From the NCBI GenBank assembly GCA_965225945.1, contig CBDDBZ010000036.1, forward strand, positions 64,001-128,000: a stretch of 64,000 nt of DNA. The letters are read 5' to 3'. This document shows positions 20,901-30,756 of this stretch, one piece after another; the stretch's first letter is position 1; each line of letters begins with the position of its first letter. This stretch comes from Alphaproteobacteria bacterium. Its GTDB lineage: Bacteria > Pseudomonadota > Alphaproteobacteria > GCA-2731375. Below the pieces are notes generated by a model. That model did not search any database, was not told the DNA's origin, and saw only the letters and a program-made list of their open reading frames with translations. The translations under genes and the position numbers were made by a program.

Positions 20901-21169
20901 ATGGGTGAGGGGTGCGCGCTTCATCCGCCGACACCAAACCCGAAGAAATCCAGCATGCGACGCCGCAAGGAGGGAGCGAGGAGAACGAAACAACCTGCCG
21001 GCACATCGCCGGAGGAAAGGAAAGATGCGCGCTCTTGCAAACAGAGGCCTTGAATGGGTGAGGGGTGCGCGCTTTCCGCCGACACCAAACCCGAAGAAAT
21101 GGAACGAAACAACCTGCCGGCACATCGCCGGAGGAAAGGAAAGATGCGCGCTCTTGCAAACAGAGGCCT
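20901..21169. repeat. Tandem direct repeat of ~115-150 bp ending in an IS-terminus-like TTGCAAACAGAGGCCT
   Basis: Units 20901-21050 and 21054-21169; unit 2 lacks a ~33-bp internal block. Confidence 0.8.
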
Positions 21170-21307
21170 AATGGTTGACCCCTGGCCTTTGACCCCTGGC
21201 CTTTGACCCCTGGCCTTTGACCCCTGGCCTTTGACCCCTGGTGAGTCGGACCCGATTTCCTTGGACACAGAATTGGCTTAATCGAAGTGTCCAAGGAGGA
21301 CCGGAAC

Positions 21308-21718
21308 ATGACCGACAATTTTGAGAACAAAGTTGCTGTTGATGGGCCTGTGGTAAACGAGGGCGAGCTTGGCTCGTCCACGTTTTCCCCGGGCCAGGTT
21401 TCGCCGGCAGGCCCGCTGGGACTTGGCCAGCGGTGGACGGTGACGCGCAAGCGTGAGGTTGCCCTGCGGCTTTTGCGTGGCGAGCCGGTGGAACTTTTGT
21501 CGCGGCAGTTGGGCGTGGAGATTTTCCGGCTCGAGCAGTGGCGTGAGAAGGCGATCGCCGGGATCGATGCCTCGCTCAAGGAACGCAAGGGCGATCCGGT
21601 AAAGGCGGAACTGGACATCGCCATGAAGCGGATCGGGGAGTTGATCATGCAGGTGGAACTGCTGGAGGCCAAGACGGAGACGTCCGGCCCTTTGGGGCGG
21701 CGGAGGTCGCGGCGATGA
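21308..21718 (+). CDS. IS3 orfA
   Basis: RKREVALRLLRGE HTH; AAGGAGG RBS; ATGA overlap with orfB. Confidence 0.85.
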   Translation: MTDNFENKVAVDGPVVNEGELGSSTFSPGQVSPAGPLGLGQRWTVTRKREVALRLLRGEPVELLSRQLGVEIFRLEQWREKAIAGIDASLKERKGDPVKAELDIAMKRIGELIMQVELLEAKTETSGPLGRRRSRR

Positions 21719-22626
21719 GTGCCGCCACCTCTCCCGGCACGGGTTTGGCCTACGGCCTCCAGCGGGTCTGTGCGGCCTGGGGTTTTGCCCGTTCCTCGTT
21801 CTACGCCATGAAATCCCGGCAGCAGGCCACCGCTGAGCGCCCACCAGCAAAGCGCCGGGGACCGAAGCCCTCGATCTCGGACGAGGCTCTGCTGGTGGCC
21901 ATCGAGGCCGACCTGGAGGCATCCCCCTGGGAGGGCGAGGGACACCGCAAGGTCTGGGCTCGGCTTCGGGTCTGTCGTGGCATCCGTGTTTCCCGCAAGC
22001 GGGTGCTCCGGGTGATGCGCGAGAACAACCTGCTCTCGCCCCATCGCTGCCGCCGCCGTGGCGGAAATCCCCATGTCGGTGAGATCATCACCCATGCCCC
22101 CAACCTCATGTGGGGCACGGACGGCGTTCGGGTGTTCACGGTGGACGACGGCTGGGGCTGGATATTCACCGCCATCGAGCATTGGAACGCCGAGTGCGTC
22201 GGCTGGCATGTGTGCAAGCGAGGCGACCGCTTCGCCGCCCTTCAGCCGATCTCCATGGGGCTTGCGAGGCTGTATGCCTCGACCTCCGCCGGTGCGGCGC
22301 GGGGGCTGGCCTTGCGGATGGATCACGGCTCCCAGTATCTGTCGGACCACTTCACCAACCAGATCAAGTTCTGGGGCATCCAGCCGTCCTACGCCTTCGT
22401 CGAACAGCCCCAGACCAACGGCGTCGCCGAGAGGTTCAATCGCACGCTCAAGGAACAGATCATCCATGGCCGCATCTACCGCAACATCGCGGAGCTGCGG
22501 AACGCCGTCCGCGGGTTCGTCGAACAGTACAATGCCCAGTGGATCGTGGAGAAGAACGGCTACCTGAGCCCCGCTCAAGCTCGTCAGGCGTGGCACACCG
22601 CGATGTCACTCAGGCCCGCCGCATGA
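21715..22626 (+). CDS. IS3 orfB (integrase core)
   Basis: WGTDG, MDHGSQY, NGVAERFNRTLKE. Confidence 0.92.
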   Translation: MSAATSPGTGLAYGLQRVCAAWGFARSSFYAMKSRQQATAERPPAKRRGPKPSISDEALLVAIEADLEASPWEGEGHRKVWARLRVCRGIRVSRKRVLRVMRENNLLSPHRCRRRGGNPHVGEIITHAPNLMWGTDGVRVFTVDDGWGWIFTAIEHWNAECVGWHVCKRGDRFAALQPISMGLARLYASTSAGAARGLALRMDHGSQYLSDHFTNQIKFWGIQPSYAFVEQPQTNGVAERFNRTLKEQIIHGRIYRNIAELRNAVRGFVEQYNAQWIVEKNGYLSPAQARQAWHTAMSLRPAA

Positions 22627-22752
22627 GACAAACTTGTGTCCAAGGAACCGGGTGCGATACACCTTTGACCCCTGGCCTGTGACCCCTGGCCTTTGACCCT
22701 TGGCCTGTGACCCCTGGCCTGTGACCCCTGGCCTGTGAATCGACACTAAAGA

Positions 22753-23141
22753 TCAGCAAAATTGCGGACCATCTGGGCAATGCCGCATCATATGCGTGGT
22801 GCGCAAGAGTTGGCGTTCCGGCCCGAACTCATAGATATCGACTCGCACCGCCTCTTGTGGCGGGACGAATTGACCATTCGCATTCATCGAAATCATTTCC
22901 ACCTCGACGATCGGAACCACTTCGTCAGCGGCCTCTCGATCACGGACTTCGAGGGAGTTCTTGAAATAGACAAATACATGACGTTCAGGCATTCCTTCGA
23001 TCAATTTGTGCTCGACTTTGCCATCGTAGGCCGAAACATGCCGTATTGTGCCTGGATGTTCCAGCGGCAAATCACCCGGCCATGCGCCAGCATTGGCGAG
23101 ACAGCAAGAATAGCCAGCGCGACCGCCATCAGCAACTCCAT
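22753..23141 (-). pseudogene. Putative secreted hypothetical protein, frameshift near 23078
   Basis: Signal-like MELLMAVALAILAVSPMLAHG in one frame, GDLPLEHPG...TTHMMRH in another; lower GC. Confidence 0.35.
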
Positions 23142-23224
23142 CGCTGAAGCCAACAGATGCCGGGAACCCTTGACAGAAGTTCACCAATCTCCATCGACTT
23201 ATCACGAGAGTTAAGGTGTGTGAG

Positions 23225-23392
23225 CTGTCGCCACTTTGGGCAGACCTGGGTGCCTAGGAACACGAGCGAGATCGCCCAGATAGCGCCTCCATCGAGCCCG
23301 TCTACGATTGGTTTGTCGAAGACTTCGACGCGCCGGACCTCCAGGAGGCGAGGGCGCTTCTCGACGCATTGGGTCGCGCCAAGCGACGATAG
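23225..23392 (+). pseudogene. C-terminal remnant of an adenylate cyclase/AAA-TPR protein
   Basis: IEPVYDWFVEDFDAPDLQEARALLDAL resembles the conserved C-terminus of that family. Confidence 0.6.
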
Positions 23393-23415
23393 CGCCGAGC
23401 GGTTCGCGCAGGCGT

Positions 23416-24153
23416 TCACGCGAGCTGCTCGAGGGCGCCGGCCTGGTCGGCGGCGACCCACAGGCCATGGCCGCAGATGGCGGGGCTGGCGAGGCGGATC
23501 ATCACCTCGGCCAGGTGATCGGCGCTTGGTAGGCTCGCCGGATCCTCGCCCGGAAAGGCCTCGGCCCGCATCGCCGTGCGCGTCGGGCCCGGATTGACCA
23601 AATTGACCCGGACGTTGGTCTTCTCCAGCTCCCGCGCCCAGGTCAGGACCAGGGCCTCGAGCGCCGCCTTGCTGGCCGAATAGCTCGCCCAATAGGGCGG
23701 CAGCGAGCGCGTGGCCCCGCTGGTGAGGAAGATCGCGCGGCCGGCTTGCGATTGGCGGAGCAGCGGGTCGAAGGCCCGGATCAGCCGCCAGTTGGCGGTG
23801 ACGTTGAGCGCGAAGGTGCTTTCCCAAATCCTCGGCTCGATATGGCCGACCGGCGTGAGATCGCCCAGCATCGCCGCGTTGCCGACCAGGACGTCGAGCC
23901 GCCCCCAGCGCTCGAACACGGTTCCCGCGAGCTGGTCGATGCCGTCGTGCTGGCAGAGATCGAGCGGCACGAGCGTCGCCGTGCCGCCCAGCCGGCGGAC
24001 CTCGTCGTCGATCTCTTCCAAGCCGCCTTCGGTCCGCGCCACCAACACGACATGGGCGCCTTCGCCCCCATAGGCGCGGGCCAACGCGGCACCGATCCCT
24101 CGGCTGGCGCCGGTAATGAGGGCGATCCGTCCGTCCAGTCTGGCCCCGGCCAC
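23416..24153 (-). CDS. SDR oxidoreductase (YciK-like)
   Basis: TGASRGIG, YSASK, NPGPTRTAMRAEAFPGED; follows purF. Confidence 0.92.
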   Translation of the reverse strand: MAGARLDGRIALITGASRGIGAALARAYGGEGAHVVLVARTEGGLEEIDDEVRRLGGTATLVPLDLCQHDGIDQLAGTVFERWGRLDVLVGNAAMLGDLTPVGHIEPRIWESTFALNVTANWRLIRAFDPLLRQSQAGRAIFLTSGATRSLPPYWASYSASKAALEALVLTWARELEKTNVRVNLVNPGPTRTAMRAEAFPGEDPASLPSADHLAEVMIRLASPAICGHGLWVAADQAGALEQLA

Positions 24154-24161
24154 CGCTCGCC

Positions 24162-25676
24162 TCAGGCGGGTTCCGCCAGCAGGGAGAGCTGGCGCACCGT
24201 CTCCCCGCCGGTGCGGTCGATCAGCGGTATCGGATAGTCCCCGGTGAAGCAGGCATCGCAATAGGCGGGGCTGGTGGAATCGCGCTCCGCGCCGGCGACG
24301 GCGCGGTAGAGACCGTCGATCGAGACGTAGGAAAGGCTATCGGCGCCGATATAATCGCGCGTCTCGTCGACCGACATGTTCGCCGCCAGCAGTTCCTCGC
24401 GCGACGGCGTGTCGATGCCGTAGAAGCAGGAATGCATGGTCGGCGGACTGGCGATCCGCATATGCACCTCCCGGGCGCCGGTATCGCGCAGCATCTGCAC
24501 GATCTTGCGGCTGGTCGTGCCCCTCACGATCGAATCGTCCACCAAGACGAGCCGCTTGCCTTCGATCTCCGCCCGGTTGACGTTGTGCTTGAGCTTGACG
24601 CCGAAGTCGCGAATGGGCTGCGTCGGCTCGATGAAGGTGCGTCCGACGTAGTGATTGCGGATGATCCCCAATTCGAACGGGATAGCGGCCTCGGCAGCGT
24701 AACCGACGGCGGCCGGCACGCCCGAATCCGGCACCGGGATCACCACATCCGCCGCCACCGCGGCCTCGCGCGCGAGTTCCGCGCCGACGCGCTTGCGCGC
24801 CTCATAAACACTGACGCCCTCACAATTGCTGTCGGGCCGCGCGAAGTAGATGTATTCGAAGATGCAGAAGCGTTGGCGGGCCGGCGGGAAGGGATGCAGG
24901 CTCCGCACGGAATCGGGCGTGCAGACGACGATCTCGCCCGGCGCCACGTCGCGAACGAAGCGGGCACCGATGATGTCGAGCGCGCAGGTCTCGCTGGCCA
25001 GGATGGGCGCGCCGTCCAATTTGCCCAGCACCAGGGGCCGGACACCGACCGGATCACGGGCGCCGATCAGCATCGTCTCGGTCAGGGCGACGAGGCTATA
25101 GGCGCCGGCCAAGCGGCGAAGCGCGTCGACCAGACGGTCGAGCAGATCGTGCTGTCGAGAGGTCGCGATCAGATGGATGATCGCCTCGGTGTCCATGGTC
25201 GAGTGGAAAATGCAGCCACGTTCGACCAGTTCGCGCCTGAGCAGGCCCGAATTGGTGAGGTTGCCGTTGTGCGCGACCGCCAAGCCGCCGACGGCGAGTT
25301 CGGCGAACAGCGGTTGAATGTTTCTGAGCGCGGTTTCGCCGGTCGTCGAGTAGCGGTTGTGCCCCATCGCCGAGCGTCCGGGCAAGCGGCCGATGACGTC
25401 CTCGGAATTGAAGCTCTCGCCGACCTGACCGAGGCTGCGATGGGCGTGGAATTGGCGGCCGTCATAGCTGACGATGCCGGCCGCTTCCTGGCCCCGGTGC
25501 TGCAGCGCGTGGAGGCCGAGGGCGACGAGGGCGGAGGCGTCGTCGGCGCCGAGGATGCCGAAGACACCGCATTCCTCGTGCAGCTTGTCGTCGTCGAAGG
25601 GGTGAGTGGCACCGCGCCGCATCGCACCGGGCCGCGTCGCCGCGCTGGATGCCTCGCTAGGGGTCGCGGCGGTCAT
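24162..25676 (-). CDS. purF: Amidophosphoribosyltransferase
   Basis: EECGVFG, LQHRGQE, VDDSIVRGTT, CDACFTG. Confidence 0.98.
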   Translation of the reverse strand: MTAATPSEASSAATRPGAMRRGATHPFDDDKLHEECGVFGILGADDASALVALGLHALQHRGQEAAGIVSYDGRQFHAHRSLGQVGESFNSEDVIGRLPGRSAMGHNRYSTTGETALRNIQPLFAELAVGGLAVAHNGNLTNSGLLRRELVERGCIFHSTMDTEAIIHLIATSRQHDLLDRLVDALRRLAGAYSLVALTETMLIGARDPVGVRPLVLGKLDGAPILASETCALDIIGARFVRDVAPGEIVVCTPDSVRSLHPFPPARQRFCIFEYIYFARPDSNCEGVSVYEARKRVGAELAREAAVAADVVIPVPDSGVPAAVGYAAEAAIPFELGIIRNHYVGRTFIEPTQPIRDFGVKLKHNVNRAEIEGKRLVLVDDSIVRGTTSRKIVQMLRDTGAREVHMRIASPPTMHSCFYGIDTPSREELLAANMSVDETRDYIGADSLSYVSIDGLYRAVAGAERDSTSPAYCDACFTGDYPIPLIDRTGGETVRQLSLLAEPA

Positions 25677-25856
25677 GGCGGGCCGACTCCGATCTCGCTT
25701 CGCGCCACCTTATAGACCGATTCGACCGTCGAGTCAGCGGCCATCGTCGCCCTTGCCGAGGCCGCGCACGGCGTAATCCGCATCCGCGAAGCGGACAAAG
25801 CCCTATCCCTCGCCCGCTTTTTGTCGGCTTTCGATCAACTGATCCCTATCCTTGCG

Positions 25857-26498
25857 CTAGTCGCGGTCGTAGCCGGACTTGGCGTTTTTCCCGCCGCCCG
25901 GCGACGTGGTCTGCGGAGCGTCGGTCACGATGTCGCGCGCGCTGCTCTCCATCACTTCGCTTGCGCTCTCGCCGGCCTCGCGAATTGCGTCCTGGGTTCG
26001 GGCGAAGACCTCGGGCGCGAACGAGGTCAGGACGCGCGCGCTCTGCGCCACCAACGGCATCGCGCGGGATTCCCGGAACCAGTTCGGCTGCTCCTCCGCG
26101 TCCTGCGGCAGGAACTGGATCACCACGAGATAGGCGAGCGCCAACACCAAGGCGCCGCGGACCAGCCCGAATCCGAGGCCGAGAATCCGGTCGAAGGTGC
26201 CGATCTTGCCTTTGCGCACCTTGCGCGCGATCAACGTGGTGATGATGACCAGGATGACCAGGCTGGTGATGAAGAGGCCGCCCGCCGTGGCGGCATCGGC
26301 GAGGATCTCCGGCTGGAGGTAGCCGACGACATGGGGCTGGACATATTCGAAGCCCTTCACGGCAATCACCGCCGCGGCGATCCAGCAGAGGATATGCAGC
26401 AGCTCCTTGACGAAGCCCCGAACCAGAGCGATTAGGCCGGAAATCAGCAGGACCGCCAGAATCCCGACGTCGGCATAGGTGAAGGCGCCCACTTCCAT
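25857..26498 (-). CDS. cvpA: CvpA family membrane protein
   Basis: RGFVKE, DRILGLGFGLVRG; located between radA and purF. Confidence 0.92.
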   Translation of the reverse strand: MEVGAFTYADVGILAVLLISGLIALVRGFVKELLHILCWIAAAVIAVKGFEYVQPHVVGYLQPEILADAATAGGLFITSLVILVIITTLIARKVRKGKIGTFDRILGLGFGLVRGALVLALAYLVVIQFLPQDAEEQPNWFRESRAMPLVAQSARVLTSFAPEVFARTQDAIREAGESASEVMESSARDIVTDAPQTTSPGGGKNAKSGYDRD

Positions 26499-26505
26499 GG
26501 CCGAA

Positions 26506-27882
26506 CTATAGGCGGCTTCCGACGCCCGGGTAAAATCCTTGCACCAGCTCGTCGAGGCTCCGGATCTCCTCGACCTCGAGCGGCGCCTCGCGGCTGGCGG
26601 CCCGCGCGGTCACGGCCTTTCGGAAGCCGAGCTTGGCCGCCTCCTTGAGGCGGATGTCGGCTTGGCTCACCGGGCGGATCTCGCCGGACAGGCTGATCTC
26701 GCCGAACAGCACGGTTGCCGCCGGCAGCGCCGTGTCCAGAAGCGAGGATACCAGCGCCGCCGCGACCGCGAGGTCGGCCGCCGGCTCGACGATCCGGAGG
26801 CCGCCGGCGACGTTCAGATAGACGTCGCGCCCGGCGATCGCGAGGCCGCAGCGCGCGTCCAGCACCGCCATCACCATCGCCAGGCGATTGCCGTCCCAGC
26901 CGACGACGGCGCGGCGCGGCGTGCCGAGGGGGGAATCGGCGACGAGGGCCTGAATCTCCACCAGCAGCGGTCGCGAGCCCTCGATCCCGGCGAACACCGC
27001 CGTGCCGCTGGCCGGCGCGCCGTCCCGCTCGGCGAGGAAGAGGGAGGAGGGGTTGGCGACCTCGATCAGGCCGGCATCGCTCATTTCGAAAACGCCGATC
27101 TCGTCGGTCGGTCCGTAGCGGTTTTTCACCGCCCGCATGATGCGGAACTGATGGCCGCGTTCGCCCTCGAAATAGAGCACGGTGTCGACCATGTGTTCGA
27201 GCACGCGCGGGCCGGCGATCTGCCCGTCCTTGGTGACGTGGCCGACGAGCAGGAGGGCGATGTCGCGTCGCTTGGCGACCCGGATCAACTCCTGGGCGGA
27301 GCTCCGCACTTGAGCGACGGTGCCGGGCGCGCTCTCCAGCGCGTCGACGAACATGGTCTGGATCGAATCGATCACCACCACGCGCGGCGCGCCCTCGGCG
27401 TTCAGCGTTTCGGTGATGTCACGCACGTTGGTGGCCGCCGCCAGCTCGACCGGCGCCGCCTCGGCACCGAGGCGGCGCGCCCGCATGCGAATCTGCGCCG
27501 TCGCCTCCTCGCCGGAGATATAGGCGCAACGAATTCCGGCGCGCGCGAGGCCGGCGACCGCCTGCAACAGCACGGTCGACTTGCCGATCCCCGGATCGCC
27601 GCCGATCAGCACCGCCGAGCCCGGCACCAAGCCACCGCCGACGACCCGGTCCAACTCGCCGATGCCGGTGACCATGCGGGGCGGTTCGTCCATCTCCGGC
27701 AGGTCGAGCGGTTGCAGCGTGATTTTACGGCCCTTTCCGGGCCCCAGGCCCTTGGGCACGGCCTCGGGCACGACTTCCTCGACGATGGTGTTCCATTCGC
27801 CGCAGGCCCCACAGCGGCCCGACCAGCGTCGGCTCACCGCGCCGCAGTCTTGGCAGACGTAGCTTTGCGCCGTTCGCGCCAT
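26506..27882 (-). CDS. radA: DNA repair protein RadA/Sms
   Basis: C4 zinc finger, GDPGIGKST, KNRYG, Lon-like C-terminal domain. Confidence 0.97.
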   Translation of the reverse strand: MARTAQSYVCQDCGAVSRRWSGRCGACGEWNTIVEEVVPEAVPKGLGPGKGRKITLQPLDLPEMDEPPRMVTGIGELDRVVGGGLVPGSAVLIGGDPGIGKSTVLLQAVAGLARAGIRCAYISGEEATAQIRMRARRLGAEAAPVELAAATNVRDITETLNAEGAPRVVVIDSIQTMFVDALESAPGTVAQVRSSAQELIRVAKRRDIALLLVGHVTKDGQIAGPRVLEHMVDTVLYFEGERGHQFRIMRAVKNRYGPTDEIGVFEMSDAGLIEVANPSSLFLAERDGAPASGTAVFAGIEGSRPLLVEIQALVADSPLGTPRRAVVGWDGNRLAMVMAVLDARCGLAIAGRDVYLNVAGGLRIVEPAADLAVAAALVSSLLDTALPAATVLFGEISLSGEIRPVSQADIRLKEAAKLGFRKAVTARAASREAPLEVEEIRSLDELVQGFYPGVGSRL

Positions 27883-27891
27883 TCTCATGCT

Positions 27892-28743
27892 CTAAGCCGG
27901 CCGGTCGCCCTTCACCTGGGCCCGCAGCATCACTCTCCGGCTGGTCGCATCGAAGGCCTCGCGGCGATGGACCATGCCACGATTGTCCCAGATCAACAGG
28001 TCGCCCACCCGCCATACATGCTCGTAGTGGAATTCGGGCCGGCCACAGAAGGCCCAGATCTCGTCCAGCACCCGCTCGCTCTCCTCGAGCTCCAGGCCGT
28101 CGATATAGCCATGCCGGCGGCGGCCGAGAAAGATCGACTTGCGACCGCTCTCCGGGTGGGTGCGGACGATCGGGTGGGAGATGCCGGCGGCGGTGCTCGG
28201 ATCGGGCACGGCTTCGGCGCCCTTCCTGAGTTCGCCGGCGCTGGTATAGGACGCATTGTGCTTGGCCGTGCGGCCGTCGATCGCCCGGTGGAGCTCGAGG
28301 GGAAGCCCGTCGAGCGCCGCCGCCATGTCGGCGAAAAAGGTGTTGCCGCCGCTCGGTGGGATCTCCCGGGCGTGGAGCAGGCTCGCGCTCGGCGGCGTCT
28401 CCAGATAGGACATGTCGGTGTGCCATTCCGCCTCGCCCGCGCCGAGGCTGCCGATCGGCTTGCCGTTCTCGACCACGTTGGAGATGTACCAGACGTATGG
28501 CGCCTGGTCGGCGCCCGCGCCTTCGCGTCCGCTCCGCTCGCTCGCCGGCGGGCCCTCCAGCTCGCCGAAGCGCGCCGCAAGCCGCTGTAGCGAGGCGGCG
28601 TCCAAGCTCTGCTCGCGCGCCAGCAGCACGCCGCGCTCGACCCAGGCGCGGCGCAGGTCGGCGAACTCACCGTCCGAAAGCGCGCTCAGGGTGGCGCCGC
28701 GTACCTCGAAGCCGACGTTTCCTTCCAGAGGCACGAATTCCAT
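27892..28743 (-). CDS. TauD/TfdA family 2OG dioxygenase
   Basis: WHTD, HPIVRTHP, WDNR...HRR. Confidence 0.92.
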   Translation of the reverse strand: MEFVPLEGNVGFEVRGATLSALSDGEFADLRRAWVERGVLLAREQSLDAASLQRLAARFGELEGPPASERSGREGAGADQAPYVWYISNVVENGKPIGSLGAGEAEWHTDMSYLETPPSASLLHAREIPPSGGNTFFADMAAALDGLPLELHRAIDGRTAKHNASYTSAGELRKGAEAVPDPSTAAGISHPIVRTHPESGRKSIFLGRRRHGYIDGLELEESERVLDEIWAFCGRPEFHYEHVWRVGDLLIWDNRGMVHRREAFDATSRRVMLRAQVKGDRPA

Positions 28744-28778
28744 GGTCCGATCTCTCCGTCTCGCGACGCACGCTTCGC

Positions 28779-29570
28779 TCAGCGGCCCTTGAACTCCGGG
28801 CGGCGCTTGTGCTCGAAGGCGTCCAGGCCCTCGGCGACATCCTCGGAGCGCATGTGCGCCTGGAGCATGGTGTATTCGAGCTTGATGGCGGTGTCGAGAG
28901 ACTGCTCCAGCCCATCGCGGACGAGCTGTTTCATGGCGGCGATGGAGAGCGGGCTCTTGGCCGCGATCTCCGCCACCAGTTCCTCGACCGTCGTCGCCAA
29001 GGCCTCGTCCGCGACGACCTGATTGACCAGCCCCATTGCCATCAGTTCGCGCGCCGCCAGGAAGCGGCCGGTGAACAGCAGCGCCTTGGCCCGCGTCGGG
29101 CCGATCTTGCGTGGCAGGCGGATCGAGCCGGCGCCGCCCGGGATCAGGCCGTAGTTGGCGTGGGCGTCGCCGATCCGCGCACTCTCCGCCGCGATGACGA
29201 GATCGCAGGCCAGGATCGTCTCCAGGCCGCCCGCCGCCGCGATGCCGTTCACCGCCGCGATCACCGGCAGGCGCGAGGTCTCCAGCCGGTCGAGGACGTC
29301 GAGCAGGGGACGGACGAACTCTGCCGCAAAGCGATCGACGCCGTCGGCGAGGAGATGGCGGATCGCCTTGAGGTCGGCGCCGGCCGAGAAGGCGCGGCCG
29401 GCGCCGGTGATGACGATGGCGCGGACGCGATCGTCCGCCTCGGCCCGGTTGACGCAGCTATCGAGGCAGTGGACGAGGGAAAGATCGAGGGCGTTCAACG
29501 CCTGAGGCCGATTGAGCGTCAGCCAGGCACCGGCGCCGCGGCGCTCGTAGAGTACCGTCTCCTCACTCAT
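28779..29570 (-). CDS. Enoyl-CoA hydratase/isomerase
   Basis: LNRP, FSAGADL, AAVNG...GGLE. Confidence 0.9.
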   Translation of the reverse strand: MSEETVLYERRGAGAWLTLNRPQALNALDLSLVHCLDSCVNRAEADDRVRAIVITGAGRAFSAGADLKAIRHLLADGVDRFAAEFVRPLLDVLDRLETSRLPVIAAVNGIAAAGGLETILACDLVIAAESARIGDAHANYGLIPGGAGSIRLPRKIGPTRAKALLFTGRFLAARELMAMGLVNQVVADEALATTVEELVAEIAAKSPLSIAAMKQLVRDGLEQSLDTAIKLEYTMLQAHMRSEDVAEGLDAFEHKRRPEFKGR

Positions 29571-29601
29571 GTTCCGCACCCCTGGTCCTGTTGTGCCGCC
29601 G

Positions 29602-30756
29602 TTAGTCGGGTTCCGGCAGATAGGCCGCGAGCTCGCGCTCCACCGCCTTGGCGTCGGCGTCGAGCTTGGCGCGCAATTCGCGCGCCATGTCGCCCGGATA
29701 GCAATCCTCGATGCCCTCGGCAATGGCCTCGACGACGGCGCGGGCAAGCGCCGTCGGCGCCATCTTGGGCGGCGGGAAGTCGGCCGACATGCTCGTGTCG
29801 ACGGCGCCGGGATAGACCCCCATCACTCTGACGCCCCAGGGCGCCAGCTCCGCCCTGATGCCCTGGGTCGCCGAGTGCAGCGCCGCCTTGCTGGCGCAGT
29901 AGGAGCCCATCAGCGGCAGGTTCACAATTGCGAGGATGGTCGCGAGGTTGACGATCAGGCCGGCGTTCCGCCGCTTCATCGCCGGCGCCACGGCGCGGAT
30001 CAGACGAAGCGCGCCGAAGTAGTTGACCGCCATCTCCTCCTCGGCGAGGGCCATGTCGGTGGTGGCGAGCAGGCCCTCGTTGAAATTTCGGCCGGCGTTG
30101 TTGACCAGGATCTCGACCTCGTCCAGCGCGCCGCCCAGCGCCGCGATCGATTCAGCCGAGGTCACGTCGAGGGCCAGCGGGCTCGCGTCGCCGACGCCCG
30201 CGCCGTCGCGCGTCGCGGCCAGGACCCGGGCCGCCCCAGCGGCGGCGAAGGCAGCCACCAGCGCCCGCCCGATACCGCCGCCGGCGCCGGTGATCAGCAC
30301 CACCCGACCCTCGATCTCCGTGTTGGCCATGACCTCGCTCATTGGTTTTGTCTCCCCCTCCAGGGCCTCGGCGCACAACACGCCTTGCCCGGCGGCGTCG
30401 AGCCGAGCCCTGACCCGGACGACGCTCTCGGCCTCGATGCCCGGCGCCAGATGGACGGCGACGACCGGGCCCGCCTCGAGGCGGACCATGCCGACCAGCC
30501 AGGGCATCCGGGATTCGAAGAATTTCGCGTTTGAGCGATGCAGCCTCGTCGTGGCGAGACAGATCCCGCGCCCGTCCACCTCGCGCCAGGTCAAGGCGTC
30601 GGAAAGGCAGTCGCCGCAAAATTCCCCGGGCGGGTATCGCACCCGCCCGCAAGCATTGCAGACCGGCAACCGAAGCTCGCCCCGCGCCGCCGCCGAGGTC
30701 AGTTTCAGGGCCTCCGGCCCGCGGGCCCTGGGAGGCAGGTGCGGGCGCTTCCTCAT
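29602..30756 (-). CDS. DUF35 zinc-ribbon/OB-fold domain fused to an SDR domain
   Basis: CNACG..YPP..CGDC, then TGAGGGIG, NNAG, YCASK in one frame. Confidence 0.85.
   Translation of the reverse strand: MRKRPHLPPRARGPEALKLTSAAARGELRLPVCNACGRVRYPPGEFCGDCLSDALTWREVDGRGICLATTRLHRSNAKFFESRMPWLVGMVRLEAGPVVAVHLAPGIEAESVVRVRARLDAAGQGVLCAEALEGETKPMSEVMANTEIEGRVVLITGAGGGIGRALVAAFAAAGAARVLAATRDGAGVGDASPLALDVTSAESIAALGGALDEVEILVNNAGRNFNEGLLATTDMALAEEEMAVNYFGALRLIRAVAPAMKRRNAGLIVNLATILAIVNLPLMGSYCASKAALHSATQGIRAELAPWGVRVMGVYPGAVDTSMSADFPPPKMAPTALARAVVEAIAEGIEDCYPGDMARELRAKLDADAKAVERELAAYLPEPD

Larger units (their letters stand above)
21242..22661 (+). mobile_element. IS3-family element inside the 14-bp array
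   Basis: TG..CA TIRs sharing TTCCTTGGACACA; no TSD visible. Confidence 0.92.
21175..22738. repeat. 14-bp tandem array (kTGACCCCTGGCCT) x10 split by an IS3
   Basis: Units at 21175-21241 and 22662-22738. Confidence 0.92.

Noticed and set aside
11513-22738. CRISPR array interpretation of the 13-, 14- and 16-bp arrays
   Set aside because: Units are contiguous with no unique spacers and no cas genes are present
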